The notes below the pieces were generated by a model. That model did not search any database and was not told the origin of the DNA. It was given only the letters and a program-made list of their open reading frames with translations. A DNA stretch of 64,000 nt from Candidatus Xenobia bacterium (GTDB lineage Bacteria > Vulcanimicrobiota > Xenobia > Xenobiales > QWHO01). The translations under genes and the position numbers were made by a program. This document shows, in pieces, positions 55,556 through 64,000 of this stretch. The stretch covers positions 1 through 64,000 of the forward strand of contig BTUM01000044.1 in NCBI GenBank assembly GCA_045863235.1. The letters run 5' to 3'. Each line of letters begins with the position of its first letter. The stretch's first letter is position 1.

Positions 55556-56550
55556 GTGAGGCTACCTTTCTGCTTCGAAGAAAGGAGTTCCCCCACGAGC
55601 TGACAGGCAGTCTGGAATCGTTGCTCGTAGGTGCCCTTGAGCTCAATGGGGCCGCGCTGGCGATAGGCGGCCCGGAACCTCTCCAGAAACTCCTCGCGCT
55701 GGTGGGGCTGGTCGCGCTGCGGGTCAGCCACCCAGGGAACATCGACCTGGCACAGCAAAGTGAGGTCGTAGCGTTGCTCCAGGGCCAACCGGGCCACGTT
55801 ATCGGGACAGTCGCCGAAGAAATGGCGGCTCCACAGCACCGTGGTGTTGAGATCGGTATCGCAGAAGAGCAGTCGGTTGCACTGGCGAGCCAGAGCTTCT
55901 TCGCTGGCAAGCTGGCCCCGGGCGATGAAGGGAATGTCCTGGGGGCGACAGATGCCCTCGACCGGGCGGCGGGCGTTGCGCCAATCGAGATAGAAGCGGG
56001 CGTATTCCGGCACCCAGGCGGTCTGGAAATGGCCGGCCAGGCGCTCGGCCAGAGTACTCTTCCCGGTCGACTCGGGTCCCACCAGGGCGACCCGCAGGGC
56101 GTAATGGGCCCGCACGCATGGAGGAAGATATGCCCAGGATTCCCAGGGATTTTGGCGGGCCTGCAGGCCCGAGATTGGGAAGCGGCTGCGAGACGGGTCC
56201 ACCGGGACGTGCTCGGCTCCCAGGCACCGGGCCAGTTCTTCGCCGTAGTCCTCCGAACTGAAGACCAGATCGGGTGGCTCGGGCAGCAGCCTGGTCAGGC
56301 TGGCCTTCCAGAGGGCCCAGAAGTCAGGATGCTCGTGCGGGTAGGAGGGCAGTTCGTCGCTCAGGTGCCAGACCCGAGCCCAGGGCGCCAGCTCTTTGAC
56401 CCAGCCGTGGCGCATGGCTCCGGAGATAGGCTCGGCCGCGAGGCTGGCGACCACGATGTCCACCTGCTCGCAGGCCCGGCGCGCGAACTGGAAGAGATAC
56501 TCGTGACCCAGGTGGGGGGGGAGGAATTTGCCCAGGACGAGGCCTCGCAA
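55546..56550 (-). CDS. nadR: NadR-like NMN adenylyltransferase / ribosylnicotinamide kinase (no HTH)
   Basis: GKFLPPHLGH, FSSEDYG, GPESTGKS, PEYAR, CDTD, VPWVAD; AAGGAG RBS before TTG 56550. Confidence 0.88.
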   Translation of the reverse strand: MRGLVLGKFLPPHLGHEYLFQFARRACEQVDIVVASLAAEPISGAMRHGWVKELAPWARVWHLSDELPSYPHEHPDFWALWKASLTRLLPEPPDLVFSSEDYGEELARCLGAEHVPVDPSRSRFPISGLQARQNPWESWAYLPPCVRAHYALRVALVGPESTGKSTLAERLAGHFQTAWVPEYARFYLDWRNARRPVEGICRPQDIPFIARGQLASEEALARQCNRLLFCDTDLNTTVLWSRHFFGDCPDNVARLALEQRYDLTLLCQVDVPWVADPQRDQPHQREEFLERFRAAYRQRGPIELKGTYEQRFQTACQLVGELLSSKQKGSLTCS

Positions 56551-56648
56551 AGCCAGGTTCCCTCTCCTTTCTCGAATTGACGCGAGCTTCAACACACGAC
56601 CAGGTTTCCTGCCCTGGCCCGAACCTGGTCCCTGTTGTCAGGAGAAGT

Positions 56649-57464
56649 TTACCGGGCAGAGCGCTGCCAGCCCAGCAGGCCCAACAGGCTGAATCCCAGC
56701 GAGTTCAGAGTGCTATGCCAGCGCAGCATGGGTTCGAGGTCGCCGTGGCCGTGATACTCGCTGCGGGAGTAGACCAGGGCCAGTCCCATTCCGGCCACCA
56801 GGCAGAAGCCAGATGTCAGGAACAGCGCACGTTGGACCCGGTCGCCCTCGAGCCGCATCTGTAGGAATGCGACCAGGATGGCCGAGGCGGCCATTGCCCA
56901 GGCTCCCAGCCACTCCAGGAGGGGAGAGAAGGTGATGCCGGCCGCCACGATCGGCATGCCGCCCATCACCGCCAGGGCCGCTCCCCGGGTGAGCGGGGCG
57001 GGTTGCCTCTCAGCCAGTCGGGCGGCCAGGGTGGAGAGAGCCCATCCAGCGTAGTGAAAGTGGGCGGCCGTCAGAACGACGATCAGGCCGTTGAACCCGA
57101 GGAGCGGAAAGCCGCCCCGGAAGGCCACGAACCAGAGCGCCCCGACGGTCAAGAAAACGGGCGCGGCCGTGGCGGTCAGTTGCTCGGCCGGCCAGAACCG
57201 ATGCTTGAGCAGGGTTTCCAGCGCCAGCAGGGCGGCGAAGATCAGCCAACCGCAGGCCACCGCCGCCGAGAGCGGACCTCGAGGCAAGAAGAGGCTGGCT
57301 CCCGCGCACAGGGCAAAAGCTGGTTGCAGGCGGCGCAGCCGGCTCTCGGCTGGCATCCCCAGCGGAACCAGCACCTGGGCTGCAAACCAGACCAGCGCCC
57401 CCGGCCAGTCGGGACGCAGCCCGATCAGAGCCAGCAGCCAGACCAGCGCGCCTGCTTTGGTCAT
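56649..57464 (-). CDS. YndJ-family membrane protein
   Basis: IVVLTAAHFHYAG, VAAGITFS, MLRWHSTLNSLGF. Confidence 0.85.
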   Translation of the reverse strand: MTKAGALVWLLALIGLRPDWPGALVWFAAQVLVPLGMPAESRLRRLQPAFALCAGASLFLPRGPLSAAVACGWLIFAALLALETLLKHRFWPAEQLTATAAPVFLTVGALWFVAFRGGFPLLGFNGLIVVLTAAHFHYAGWALSTLAARLAERQPAPLTRGAALAVMGGMPIVAAGITFSPLLEWLGAWAMAASAILVAFLQMRLEGDRVQRALFLTSGFCLVAGMGLALVYSRSEYHGHGDLEPMLRWHSTLNSLGFSLLGLLGWQRSAR

Positions 57465-57520
57465 GGCCAGGGCTTCGCCCCGGGGCAGGCGCCTTCTTGC
57501 CCGAAAGCGAAACCGGGGGA

Positions 57521-57901
57521 ATGTCAGGCTCGGGTGATTCACCCTACTTCTTGCTCAGTCACCTGATCGCGCGCTTTCGCAGCGGAGACGTGCCGCTCGA
57601 AGAGTTCAAGGCTCGCCTGGATGAATTCGAGTCCAAGCTGGAAGACTGGTTCGAGGATCTGGAGGCCAATCCGCCGCCCTACGACTTCCCCGAAGGAATG
57701 GAGCTGGTGGAAGTGACCCAGATGGGCCTGTACCTGTTCCTGCAATCCATCGAGGCCCTGCGCGAGTTTGCCGACGGCGGGCCGGAAGAGCTGATCGCCA
57801 ATTCCTTGCAGCTCTCCCTGGCCGCCCACGAGCGCATTGTCGCCATGTATGAGGCCAGCGAAGACTATCTCGATCAGCTGGCCGAGATGGAAGCCGAGTA
57901 G
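57521..57901 (+). CDS. Hypothetical acidic helical protein (126 aa)
   Basis: Coding-like ORF; similar to 14530-15114. Confidence 0.75.
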   Translation: MSGSGDSPYFLLSHLIARFRSGDVPLEEFKARLDEFESKLEDWFEDLEANPPPYDFPEGMELVEVTQMGLYLFLQSIEALREFADGGPEELIANSLQLSLAAHERIVAMYEASEDYLDQLAEMEAE

Positions 57902-57933
57902 GGTCCGCAGGAGCAAATCCCGAACCACTCCAG

Positions 57934-59514
57934 GTGACCGATGCCCATCCAGAGCTCGCCAATCTGCTGGAAAACCTTCGCTCGGAAGGGACTTTCCAGT
58001 CCCACGGGAGCTTTACGCTCGATCTGGTCCACGCTCGCGAGAAACTCAAGAAGTTCCAACTGCTCGACCCTTATCACTACGTGCTCCCGCTGGTCAGCGC
58101 CGTGGTGCTGGGGGGCGGCAGCACCTTGCGTTGTCGGGTTGGACCTGCCCGGTTCAGCATGGAGTTCGACGGCACGCCCTTCACGGTCGAGGAGTTGGAG
58201 GGGATGTTCAGCGTGCTGCTGGTCGGCTCGAGCCCAGTGGCCCAACGTCGGGTGGCCGAACTGGCGGTGGGCATCAATGCGGCGCTTTCGCTCTCTCCGC
58301 GTCAGGTGAGCCTGGTCAGTGTCCACCCCGATCAGGTGGTGAAGGCGACCTTCACTGCCCGCAAGCAGCAAGTCGAGACGACGCCTCCGCCTGAAAAGGC
58401 TCAACCCTGGACCCGTATCGAGGTGCAGCACGCCGGCATGCGTGCCCTCTGGCGCAAGACGCAGCGCGACGCGCCCGAGGTCCTGGCCCTGCATCAGCGC
58501 TGCCGACTGGCCAACCTCGAGCTGACCGTCAACGACCTGTCCTTTCCTCCCCAGGTGGGCTGGGAGAGCCATAGCTGCCTGGTCGCCAGCTACCTGCGCG
58601 CCGGCGAGGCACGCAAAGGCTGTGAGATCACGATCGGAAAGCTGAGCTCCCGCGTCGACCCGCCTCGCACCGACGTCACCGCCGGGCCCTACTCGGCGGT
58701 GGTGACACTGGGGGGAGAAGCGCCTCAGGAGCTTGTCTTCGTCCATCACGGGCTGATCTTCCGGCGCCCCGACCTCAGCCTCGGACCCGGCACCCGGGCT
58801 GCCATCTGGGCACCCGAGCTGCGACGCAATCTCTCCCACACCGAACTGGTGCAGGACGAGTCGTTCGAGCTGATCGTGGAGCAGCTCAAGCTGGAGATCT
58901 TCCGCATGCTGACACTGCTCGAGGGCCGCTTCGCCGAGTTGCCCGACCCTGACCGGCAAGAAGCGGTGGACTGCCTGCAACGGCTGGTAGGCTTTCGCAT
59001 GCAGCATGACGAGGTGCTGCAAGCCCTCAAGCTGGCTCGTTTGCTCATTCGCGCCCGCCCAGCGGGCTCGCTGCCGGCCCTGCTCGACGACTACGTGGTG
59101 GCCCTGATCGAGCAGCGCGACCCGCGCAAGAATGACCCGGCGGCTGTCCAACTCCGTCTGGAGCAGACCCTGGGGGCTCTGGCCCGGGCCCACGGTCTCG
59201 AGCTCAAGCGGATCGTCCTCGGTGCCCGCGACGACAGCGCTGTTTCCCGCTTCACCTTTGATGGCCCCTTCCCACGCGTGGAGACGCTGCTCAACCGCCT
59301 GCTGGCCACCGAGGAGCAGCTTTTCGGGCTGGCCCACGAGCACGTGCAGGCTCGCATGCAGAGCATGGTGACGCTTTTTGGCAGCAAGCGCCCGGCCCGG
59401 GCCCGTGAGCTGAAGATCACGCTCAATGAGCTGCAGCGGCCCATGGAGCTGGCGCTGGAGAGTCAGGCCCGCTACCACGGCAAGCAGTTGAGCAAAGTCT
59501 CGTTAAGGGATTGA
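57934..59514 (+). CDS. Hypothetical protein, possibly degenerate GHKL/HSP90-like N-terminus
   Basis: FTLD..AREKLKKFQL.DP..YVL.LVSA, FDG.PF, LAVGINAA; the fold call is tentative. Confidence 0.65.
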   Translation: MTDAHPELANLLENLRSEGTFQSHGSFTLDLVHAREKLKKFQLLDPYHYVLPLVSAVVLGGGSTLRCRVGPARFSMEFDGTPFTVEELEGMFSVLLVGSSPVAQRRVAELAVGINAALSLSPRQVSLVSVHPDQVVKATFTARKQQVETTPPPEKAQPWTRIEVQHAGMRALWRKTQRDAPEVLALHQRCRLANLELTVNDLSFPPQVGWESHSCLVASYLRAGEARKGCEITIGKLSSRVDPPRTDVTAGPYSAVVTLGGEAPQELVFVHHGLIFRRPDLSLGPGTRAAIWAPELRRNLSHTELVQDESFELIVEQLKLEIFRMLTLLEGRFAELPDPDRQEAVDCLQRLVGFRMQHDEVLQALKLARLLIRARPAGSLPALLDDYVVALIEQRDPRKNDPAAVQLRLEQTLGALARAHGLELKRIVLGARDDSAVSRFTFDGPFPRVETLLNRLLATEEQLFGLAHEHVQARMQSMVTLFGSKRPARARELKITLNELQRPMELALESQARYHGKQLSKVSLRD

Positions 59515-59517
59515 CCC

Positions 59518-60654
59518 TCAATCCACCGGGCGAGGGGTTGTCCACCAGCGGGTCAGTTGCGACTGAGCTTCGTCCCAGTGGGTATCCTTCTGCAGGGCGA
59601 GGTCCTTGTAGGCGCCGCCCGGAGCCCAGAACATGGGGATCTCCAGGGTCAGTCCGTGAGCCCCATCCTGGGAGGGATGGTGCTGCTCTTCTACGACCGC
59701 CTCGTCGATGGCGGCCACCAGACCGCGAGCGGCCGACTTCAGGCGCTCGTCCTTGATCCCGCCGTGGTTGGAGATGCGCTCGGCAAAATCGTATGCGTCC
59801 TTGTGGCCCTCGAAGCTCTGGGTGCTCCAGGTCACCCGGCGCAGCTTCCAGACCGAGGTATCGGTGGCCAGCAGGCTCTTGGAGAACTCCTCCAGCGCGT
59901 TCTTGACCTGATCCATCTTGCCCAGGTCGGTGGCCGAAAGCGTCATGATGCAGTCGTTGTAGGAGGCTGAACCGGCTACGATGGAGCGCGCCAGGTCCAG
60001 AGGGGAGGCGTCAACTCGCGAGCTCAGCTTCTGCTGCAGGTCGGCAAAGCCGCCCTTGGCGAGCCAGCGGTCGTAGGTCCAGCCTTCGCCACCTTCCACC
60101 TTCTCGGAAGCGATCATGTAGTTGGCCCGGTCCTTGAGCTCGTAGGCCACCTCGGTGGCGGCCATGTTGCAGGCGTCAAAACCCAGGATGTCGAGTTTCA
60201 CGCCCGTTTTCTGCTCGGCCATGCTCAGGCCCTGATGGATCTCCTTGAGGCTCATCCAGCCTCCGTGGCTCTGGTCTTCGCAGGCTCCTTTCCAGCCGTC
60301 GCCGTGGTTGGAGATGACCAGCATGTAGTGCTCGGCCGGATAGTTCTTAATGCCCCACTCGACGAACTCGGCCAGAACTTTGGGATCGGCCATGTCGATC
60401 GGCCCAGACTCCTCCACGGAGGGGGAAGCGATCCCCTTGTTGGGGTCTTGCTGCAGGAAGATGCGCTGCATCGCACGCCCGGAATCGTACTGGGCCACCA
60501 GATTCGTATTCTCGTCCGAGCCGACTTTCTCCATCTCGTCGATGTCATCGAGCATGAAGCCCTTGAGGTTATTGTCAGCGGCCGAATACTGCAGGATGGT
60601 CCACTTTTTCTTCTCCTGCGGCACGGTTGGCAAAGTTGCGGCGGTTACGTTCAC
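59518..60654 (-). CDS. Clostripain-related cysteine peptidase (C11)
   Basis: WTILQYSAADNNL, NYPAEHYMLVISNHGDG, ILGFDACNM..EVAYE, ASE. Confidence 0.93.
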   Translation of the reverse strand: MNVTAATLPTVPQEKKKWTILQYSAADNNLKGFMLDDIDEMEKVGSDENTNLVAQYDSGRAMQRIFLQQDPNKGIASPSVEESGPIDMADPKVLAEFVEWGIKNYPAEHYMLVISNHGDGWKGACEDQSHGGWMSLKEIHQGLSMAEQKTGVKLDILGFDACNMAATEVAYELKDRANYMIASEKVEGGEGWTYDRWLAKGGFADLQQKLSSRVDASPLDLARSIVAGSASYNDCIMTLSATDLGKMDQVKNALEEFSKSLLATDTSVWKLRRVTWSTQSFEGHKDAYDFAERISNHGGIKDERLKSAARGLVAAIDEAVVEEQHHPSQDGAHGLTLEIPMFWAPGGAYKDLALQKDTHWDEAQSQLTRWWTTPRPVD

Positions 60655-60739
60655 GGGTCAAGCCCCCTTGCTTGGATTGCTGAGAGGATAGAGGGGGCGA
60701 GGGGCGGGGAGATGAACTTCATGTTAACAAGGTGGGTGC

Positions 60740-61258
60740 ATGGAAGTCTTGATTGTCCACGGGGATCTGATCCGCCAGCCGGTCGAGGTGATCGTCAACG
60801 CCTGGAATCGGAATGTGTTGCCGTGGTGGTTGCTCTTGCCTCAGGGGGTCTCAGGGGCCATCAAGCGTCACGGGGGTCTGGCTCCTTTCCAAGAAGTGGC
60901 GCGCCATGGCCCTATTCCCCTGGGAGGGGCGGTGCTCACTTCAGCCGGAAGGCTCCCCTTCAGAGCCATCATCCACGTGGCTGGCATCAATTTGCTCTGG
61001 CGGGCCAGCGCCCGCTCCATTACCGAGAGTGTTCGCAATGCCATGGCCCTGGTCGATCACCATGGCTTCAGCTCGGTGGCGTTCCCGGTGCTCGGCGCCG
61101 GTTCGGGAGGATTCAAGGCCGAACAGGCCCTGGACCTGATGGTGGGCGAGTTGGACAAAATGACCTCGCCCGCCGAAGTGCGCATCGTGCGCTACGCCAC
61201 TCGCCCTGTGAATCCCATCTTGATACCCACCGAGGAGGCCAACCCCGCCCCGGCTTAG
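60740..61258 (+). CDS. Macro-domain (ADP-ribose binding/processing) protein
   Basis: GDLI..VEVIVNAWN, GVSGAI, TSAGRLP..IIHVAG, VAFPVLGAGSGG. Confidence 0.92.
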   Translation: MEVLIVHGDLIRQPVEVIVNAWNRNVLPWWLLLPQGVSGAIKRHGGLAPFQEVARHGPIPLGGAVLTSAGRLPFRAIIHVAGINLLWRASARSITESVRNAMALVDHHGFSSVAFPVLGAGSGGFKAEQALDLMVGELDKMTSPAEVRIVRYATRPVNPILIPTEEANPAPA

Positions 61259-61263
61259 CACAG

Positions 61264-61298
61264 TGATGCAAAAGTCCTCGAAGAGGGCTATTGCATCA
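61264..61298. terminator. Hairpin downstream of macro gene (possible terminator or repeat unit)
   Basis: TGATGCAA-AAGTCCTC-GAA-GAGGGCTA-TTGCATCA; no clear U tract. Confidence 0.4.
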
Positions 61299-61303
61299 GC
61301 CTG

Positions 61304-61445
61304 TTACAGTCCCGCGCATTGACTGTGCGATGAATTCTCAACAGGTAGAACTTCGTCGCATCGCCCGTGCCACAACACTTTGGAAGCGGCTCGAAACAAG
61401 TTTCTCACCGCACGTTTCGTGGCACGGTCAATGCGACGAAGTTTA
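61304..61445 (-). repeat. Repeat family A copy 2 (142 bp)
   Basis: Reverse complement of 2134-2275 with 4 mismatches; perfect AACTTCGTCGCAT..ATGCGACGAAGTT arms. Confidence 0.9.
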
Positions 61446-61453
61446 GGAGTCGC

Positions 61454-63487
61454 TCAGGCCGGGCGGTCTTTCGACCAGCGCTCCAGCATGCTCCGTAATT
61501 GCTCGGTCGTCACCGGTTTGCTCAGGTAGTCATCCATGCCGGCCTCCAGACAGCGCTCGCGGTCTCCTTCCAGGGCGTGGGCGGTCATGGCGATGATGAC
61601 CAGATCCCGGCTCCCCTGGCGGCGTAGCTCGGCGCAGGCTTCGTATCCGTCCATGTGAGGCATTTCGCAGTCCATCAAGACGATGTCGAAGGCCTCCTTG
61701 TGGGCCATCCCCACCGCTTCTTGACCGTCTCGGGCCAGCTTCGGCTCGAGTCCCAGTCGACGGAGCTGGCGTTCGATGACGGCCGAATTCATGGCGTTGT
61801 CTTCCACCACCAGAATGCGCAGATCGGAAGGAAGCGGTTGGCGGACCTGTCCGTCCGGCCCGGGCGTCTGCAACGGCTGGGGCGACTTGAATCGAGCAGT
61901 GAAAGTAAAGCTTGCGCCCTGGCCGGGCTCGCTGCGGACGCGCATTTCGCCACCCATCAGCTTGACGAGTTGAAGCGATATGGCCAGCCCCAGCCCTGTA
62001 CCACCGGCTCTCTGTCCGGCCTGGGTCTGGAAGAACGGATGAAAGAGCTGGGTCTGGTCTTCCTGGCTGATGCCTGGCCCGGTATCAGCCACCTCGAACT
62101 CGAGCAGGCCATGGGAAGCCTCCGTCACCCGGACCCTCACCCAACCCTGGTGGGTGAACTTGAGGGCATTGCCGACGAGGTTCGTCAGAACTTGCCTCAG
62201 GCGGCCCGGGTCGCCCACGACCGTGGAGGGCACCTCCTCTGAGAGCTGACAGCTCAGCTCGAGCCCGCGGGTCAGGGCCTGTCCGCGCAGCAGGCTGAGC
62301 ACGCCATCCACAACCGCTCCGGGACTGAAAGCGACGGACTCGAACTTGAGCAGGCCTGCCTCGATCTTGGAAAAATCCAGTACGTCGTCCAGGATGGTCA
62401 AAAGCGAGTCGGCGCTGGAATGGACCGTTTCTGCCAGGCGCAGCTGCTCCTCGCTGAGAGGAGTGTCCAGTAAGAGCTCGGTCATGGCAATGACGCCGTT
62501 CATCGGAGTGCGGATCTCGTGGCTCATGTTGCGCAGGAACTCTGATTTCTGACGGGCCGAGTGGAGAGCCGCGTCGCGGGCCCGGGCCAGCTCTTCCTCG
62601 ATGACTTTGTGCTGGCTCATGTCGCGTTTGATGCCCACATAGCAGACCGGCTTTTGGTCGCCGTCGAAAACGGTGAAGGCTGACAGCTCGAGCGGGCGGG
62701 TGGTGCCGTCCTTGGCCCGGCTGAGGGCCTCGGTCCGGCACTTGCCGGTGGCGGCGAGCTCGGCGGCAATGGCTCCGAAGGCCTCCTGGCCCAGGTGGAT
62801 CGCCGGGGTCTGGCCCTCAAGCTCCAGGTCGGTATAGCCGAGCAGCTCGGCGTGGGCCTGGTTCTGCATGAGGTACTTGCCCTGGAGGTCGACGACCGCG
62901 ATGGCGTCGTTGGAATTGAGGTAGATTTGCTCGTAGAGGGTCAGCTGGTCGCGAGCCTGTCTCGAGGCAGTGCTGTCGACGGCCACCAGATTGGCCAGCT
63001 CGACCCGGCCGGCCCGGAGGACGGGTCCCACGCTCCCGGTATACCAGGCCCGGCTCCCGTGGGGGCCGGGGCCGGGCACCTCGAAATGGACGGTCTCGCC
63101 CAGCTCGAACACCCCCCGGACGCTCTGGTCGATGACCGCGTGATAATCGGGCTCGACCCACTGGTAAATCGAGCTGCCCAGCACCTGCTCGCCAGTCAGG
63201 CCAGGCAGGATCAAGTTGCAGAACAAGATTGTGCCCTGGCTGTCGAGGGTGAGCACAAAACCCGGAACCTGGACGAGCTCGGGGGCACAGGTGGCCAGGA
63301 TCAGATCCTGGCTCAGATCGACGAATCGCAGGCCCCGGGATGGCGCAGAGCCAAGGCCGAAACGGCCTTCCCAGCCGGAATTGGCGACCAGTACGTGACC
63401 ATGGCGGTCGAGCACCGCCTGCGGCTCGCGACCGGCTTCCAGGAGAGCTTTCAGGGCGCTCTGGTCGAGAGCGCTGACCGCCTGCAT
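61454..63487 (-). CDS. Hybrid PAS histidine kinase with receiver domain
   Basis: PAS domains; MSHEIRTPMNG, NLVGNALKFT, DTGPG, GTGLGL; receiver VEDN, LMDCEMP, SKP. Confidence 0.95.
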   Translation of the reverse strand: MQAVSALDQSALKALLEAGREPQAVLDRHGHVLVANSGWEGRFGLGSAPSRGLRFVDLSQDLILATCAPELVQVPGFVLTLDSQGTILFCNLILPGLTGEQVLGSSIYQWVEPDYHAVIDQSVRGVFELGETVHFEVPGPGPHGSRAWYTGSVGPVLRAGRVELANLVAVDSTASRQARDQLTLYEQIYLNSNDAIAVVDLQGKYLMQNQAHAELLGYTDLELEGQTPAIHLGQEAFGAIAAELAATGKCRTEALSRAKDGTTRPLELSAFTVFDGDQKPVCYVGIKRDMSQHKVIEEELARARDAALHSARQKSEFLRNMSHEIRTPMNGVIAMTELLLDTPLSEEQLRLAETVHSSADSLLTILDDVLDFSKIEAGLLKFESVAFSPGAVVDGVLSLLRGQALTRGLELSCQLSEEVPSTVVGDPGRLRQVLTNLVGNALKFTHQGWVRVRVTEASHGLLEFEVADTGPGISQEDQTQLFHPFFQTQAGQRAGGTGLGLAISLQLVKLMGGEMRVRSEPGQGASFTFTARFKSPQPLQTPGPDGQVRQPLPSDLRILVVEDNAMNSAVIERQLRRLGLEPKLARDGQEAVGMAHKEAFDIVLMDCEMPHMDGYEACAELRRQGSRDLVIIAMTAHALEGDRERCLEAGMDDYLSKPVTTEQLRSMLERWSKDRPA

Positions 63488-63573
63488 GGGTTGATTATAG
63501 CACAGGTCGGGCTACACTCCCGCGCGCTGACCTGTTCGGAGCTAGAACGGGCGGGAGTTCTGGTGCCCGCGCC

Positions 63574-64000
63574 CTACTTCGGGGCCGTCTCGCGCATGTA
63601 GCGTTGCAGATAGCCGGCCAGAACCTTGCGTTGGTCAGGCGTTATCGACTGGAACACGATCGAGTGCTGGAACTTCTTCTCCTGCGCCTTCACCTCGATG
63701 ACCTTGCCGGGGAACATCAGACCTTTGAATTCGGCTCCAAGGAAGAACAGCTTGACCTCGCGCCCCTGCATGATGGGATCGCTGGTCTCCACCATCGCTC
63801 CGCCCATGGACAGACTGGTGATCTTGCCGGTCGCTTCCATCTCGCCTACGGACGGGTCAAATCCGAGCAGTTTCCCGGGCGTGGCGACGGGGGCCCGAAT
63901 GCTCTGTCTTCGTTCGCGCAGGGTATCCGGAGTGAAGCCCACGTCTTCGAGCACGAACTTGACCCACGATTTGGCCATGTTGGCAGCCGGTTCGAGGTAG
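63574..64000 (-). CDS. PilZ-domain protein (N-terminus probably beyond the window)
   Basis: RRQSIR (RxxxR) and SLSMGG; frame is open from 63978 to the window edge. Confidence 0.8.
   Translation of the reverse strand, partial: YLEPAANMAKSWVKFVLEDVGFTPDTLRERRQSIRAPVATPGKLLGFDPSVGEMEATGKITSLSMGGAMVETSDPIMQGREVKLFFLGAEFKGLMFPGKVIEVKAQEKKFQHSIVFQSITPDQRKVLAGYLQRYMRETAPK

Noticed and set aside
2134..61445. Inverted family-A copies bracketing about 59 kb as a composite transposon or invertible segment
   Set aside because: A third copy lies inside, the enclosed genes are ordinary chromosomal functions, and no transposase or recombinase is present. Dispersed repeats explain this more simply.
1..64000. 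CRISPR array, tRNA, rRNA or prophage
   Set aside because: No regularly spaced direct repeats, cloverleaf or rRNA signatures, or phage structural genes were seen by eye.

Overview
GC-rich (visually about two-thirds G+C), gene-dense bacterial chromosomal window with about 48 CDSs. No rRNA, tRNA, CRISPR array, integrase or transposase was seen. The style of the hypothetical proteins suggests a poorly studied lineage, possibly Eremiobacterota/Vulcanimicrobiota; this is inference only. Recognisable content: an AbrB-Doc toxin-antitoxin pair; a secreted LRR protein; a PlsC-like acyltransferase, single-module reducing type I PKS, stand-alone condensation domain and SAM methyltransferase; Leloir galactose genes (galK, galT, galM) with a GH2; a MoxR ATPase pair; a YceI lipoprotein; a GH13; methionine-salvage genes (mtnB/C/D) with nucleoside deaminases; a UPF1-like helicase-nuclease; an MBL + 2x cNMP protein; a NadR-like enzyme; clostripain; a macro domain; a hybrid histidine kinase; and a PilZ protein. 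Most notable observations: (1) an unannotated 46-aa Gly/Lys-rich amphipathic peptide gene with its own promoter, RBS and terminator, directly behind two tandem double-GNAT genes (candidate new acylated-peptide system); (2) two ~1400-aa proteins that share an N-terminal domain and a C-terminal 'E..V.VGGV...KR' tag around unrelated cores (candidate polymorphic secreted family with an unknown sorting signal); (3) two families of palindromic dispersed repeats, one splitting the TA operon; (4) a truncated Cys-repeat secreted peptide at the left edge resembling bufferin/MNIO RiPP precursors; (5) a recurring AGG-N16-19-NGAA promoter-like motif and frequent apparently leaderless genes.
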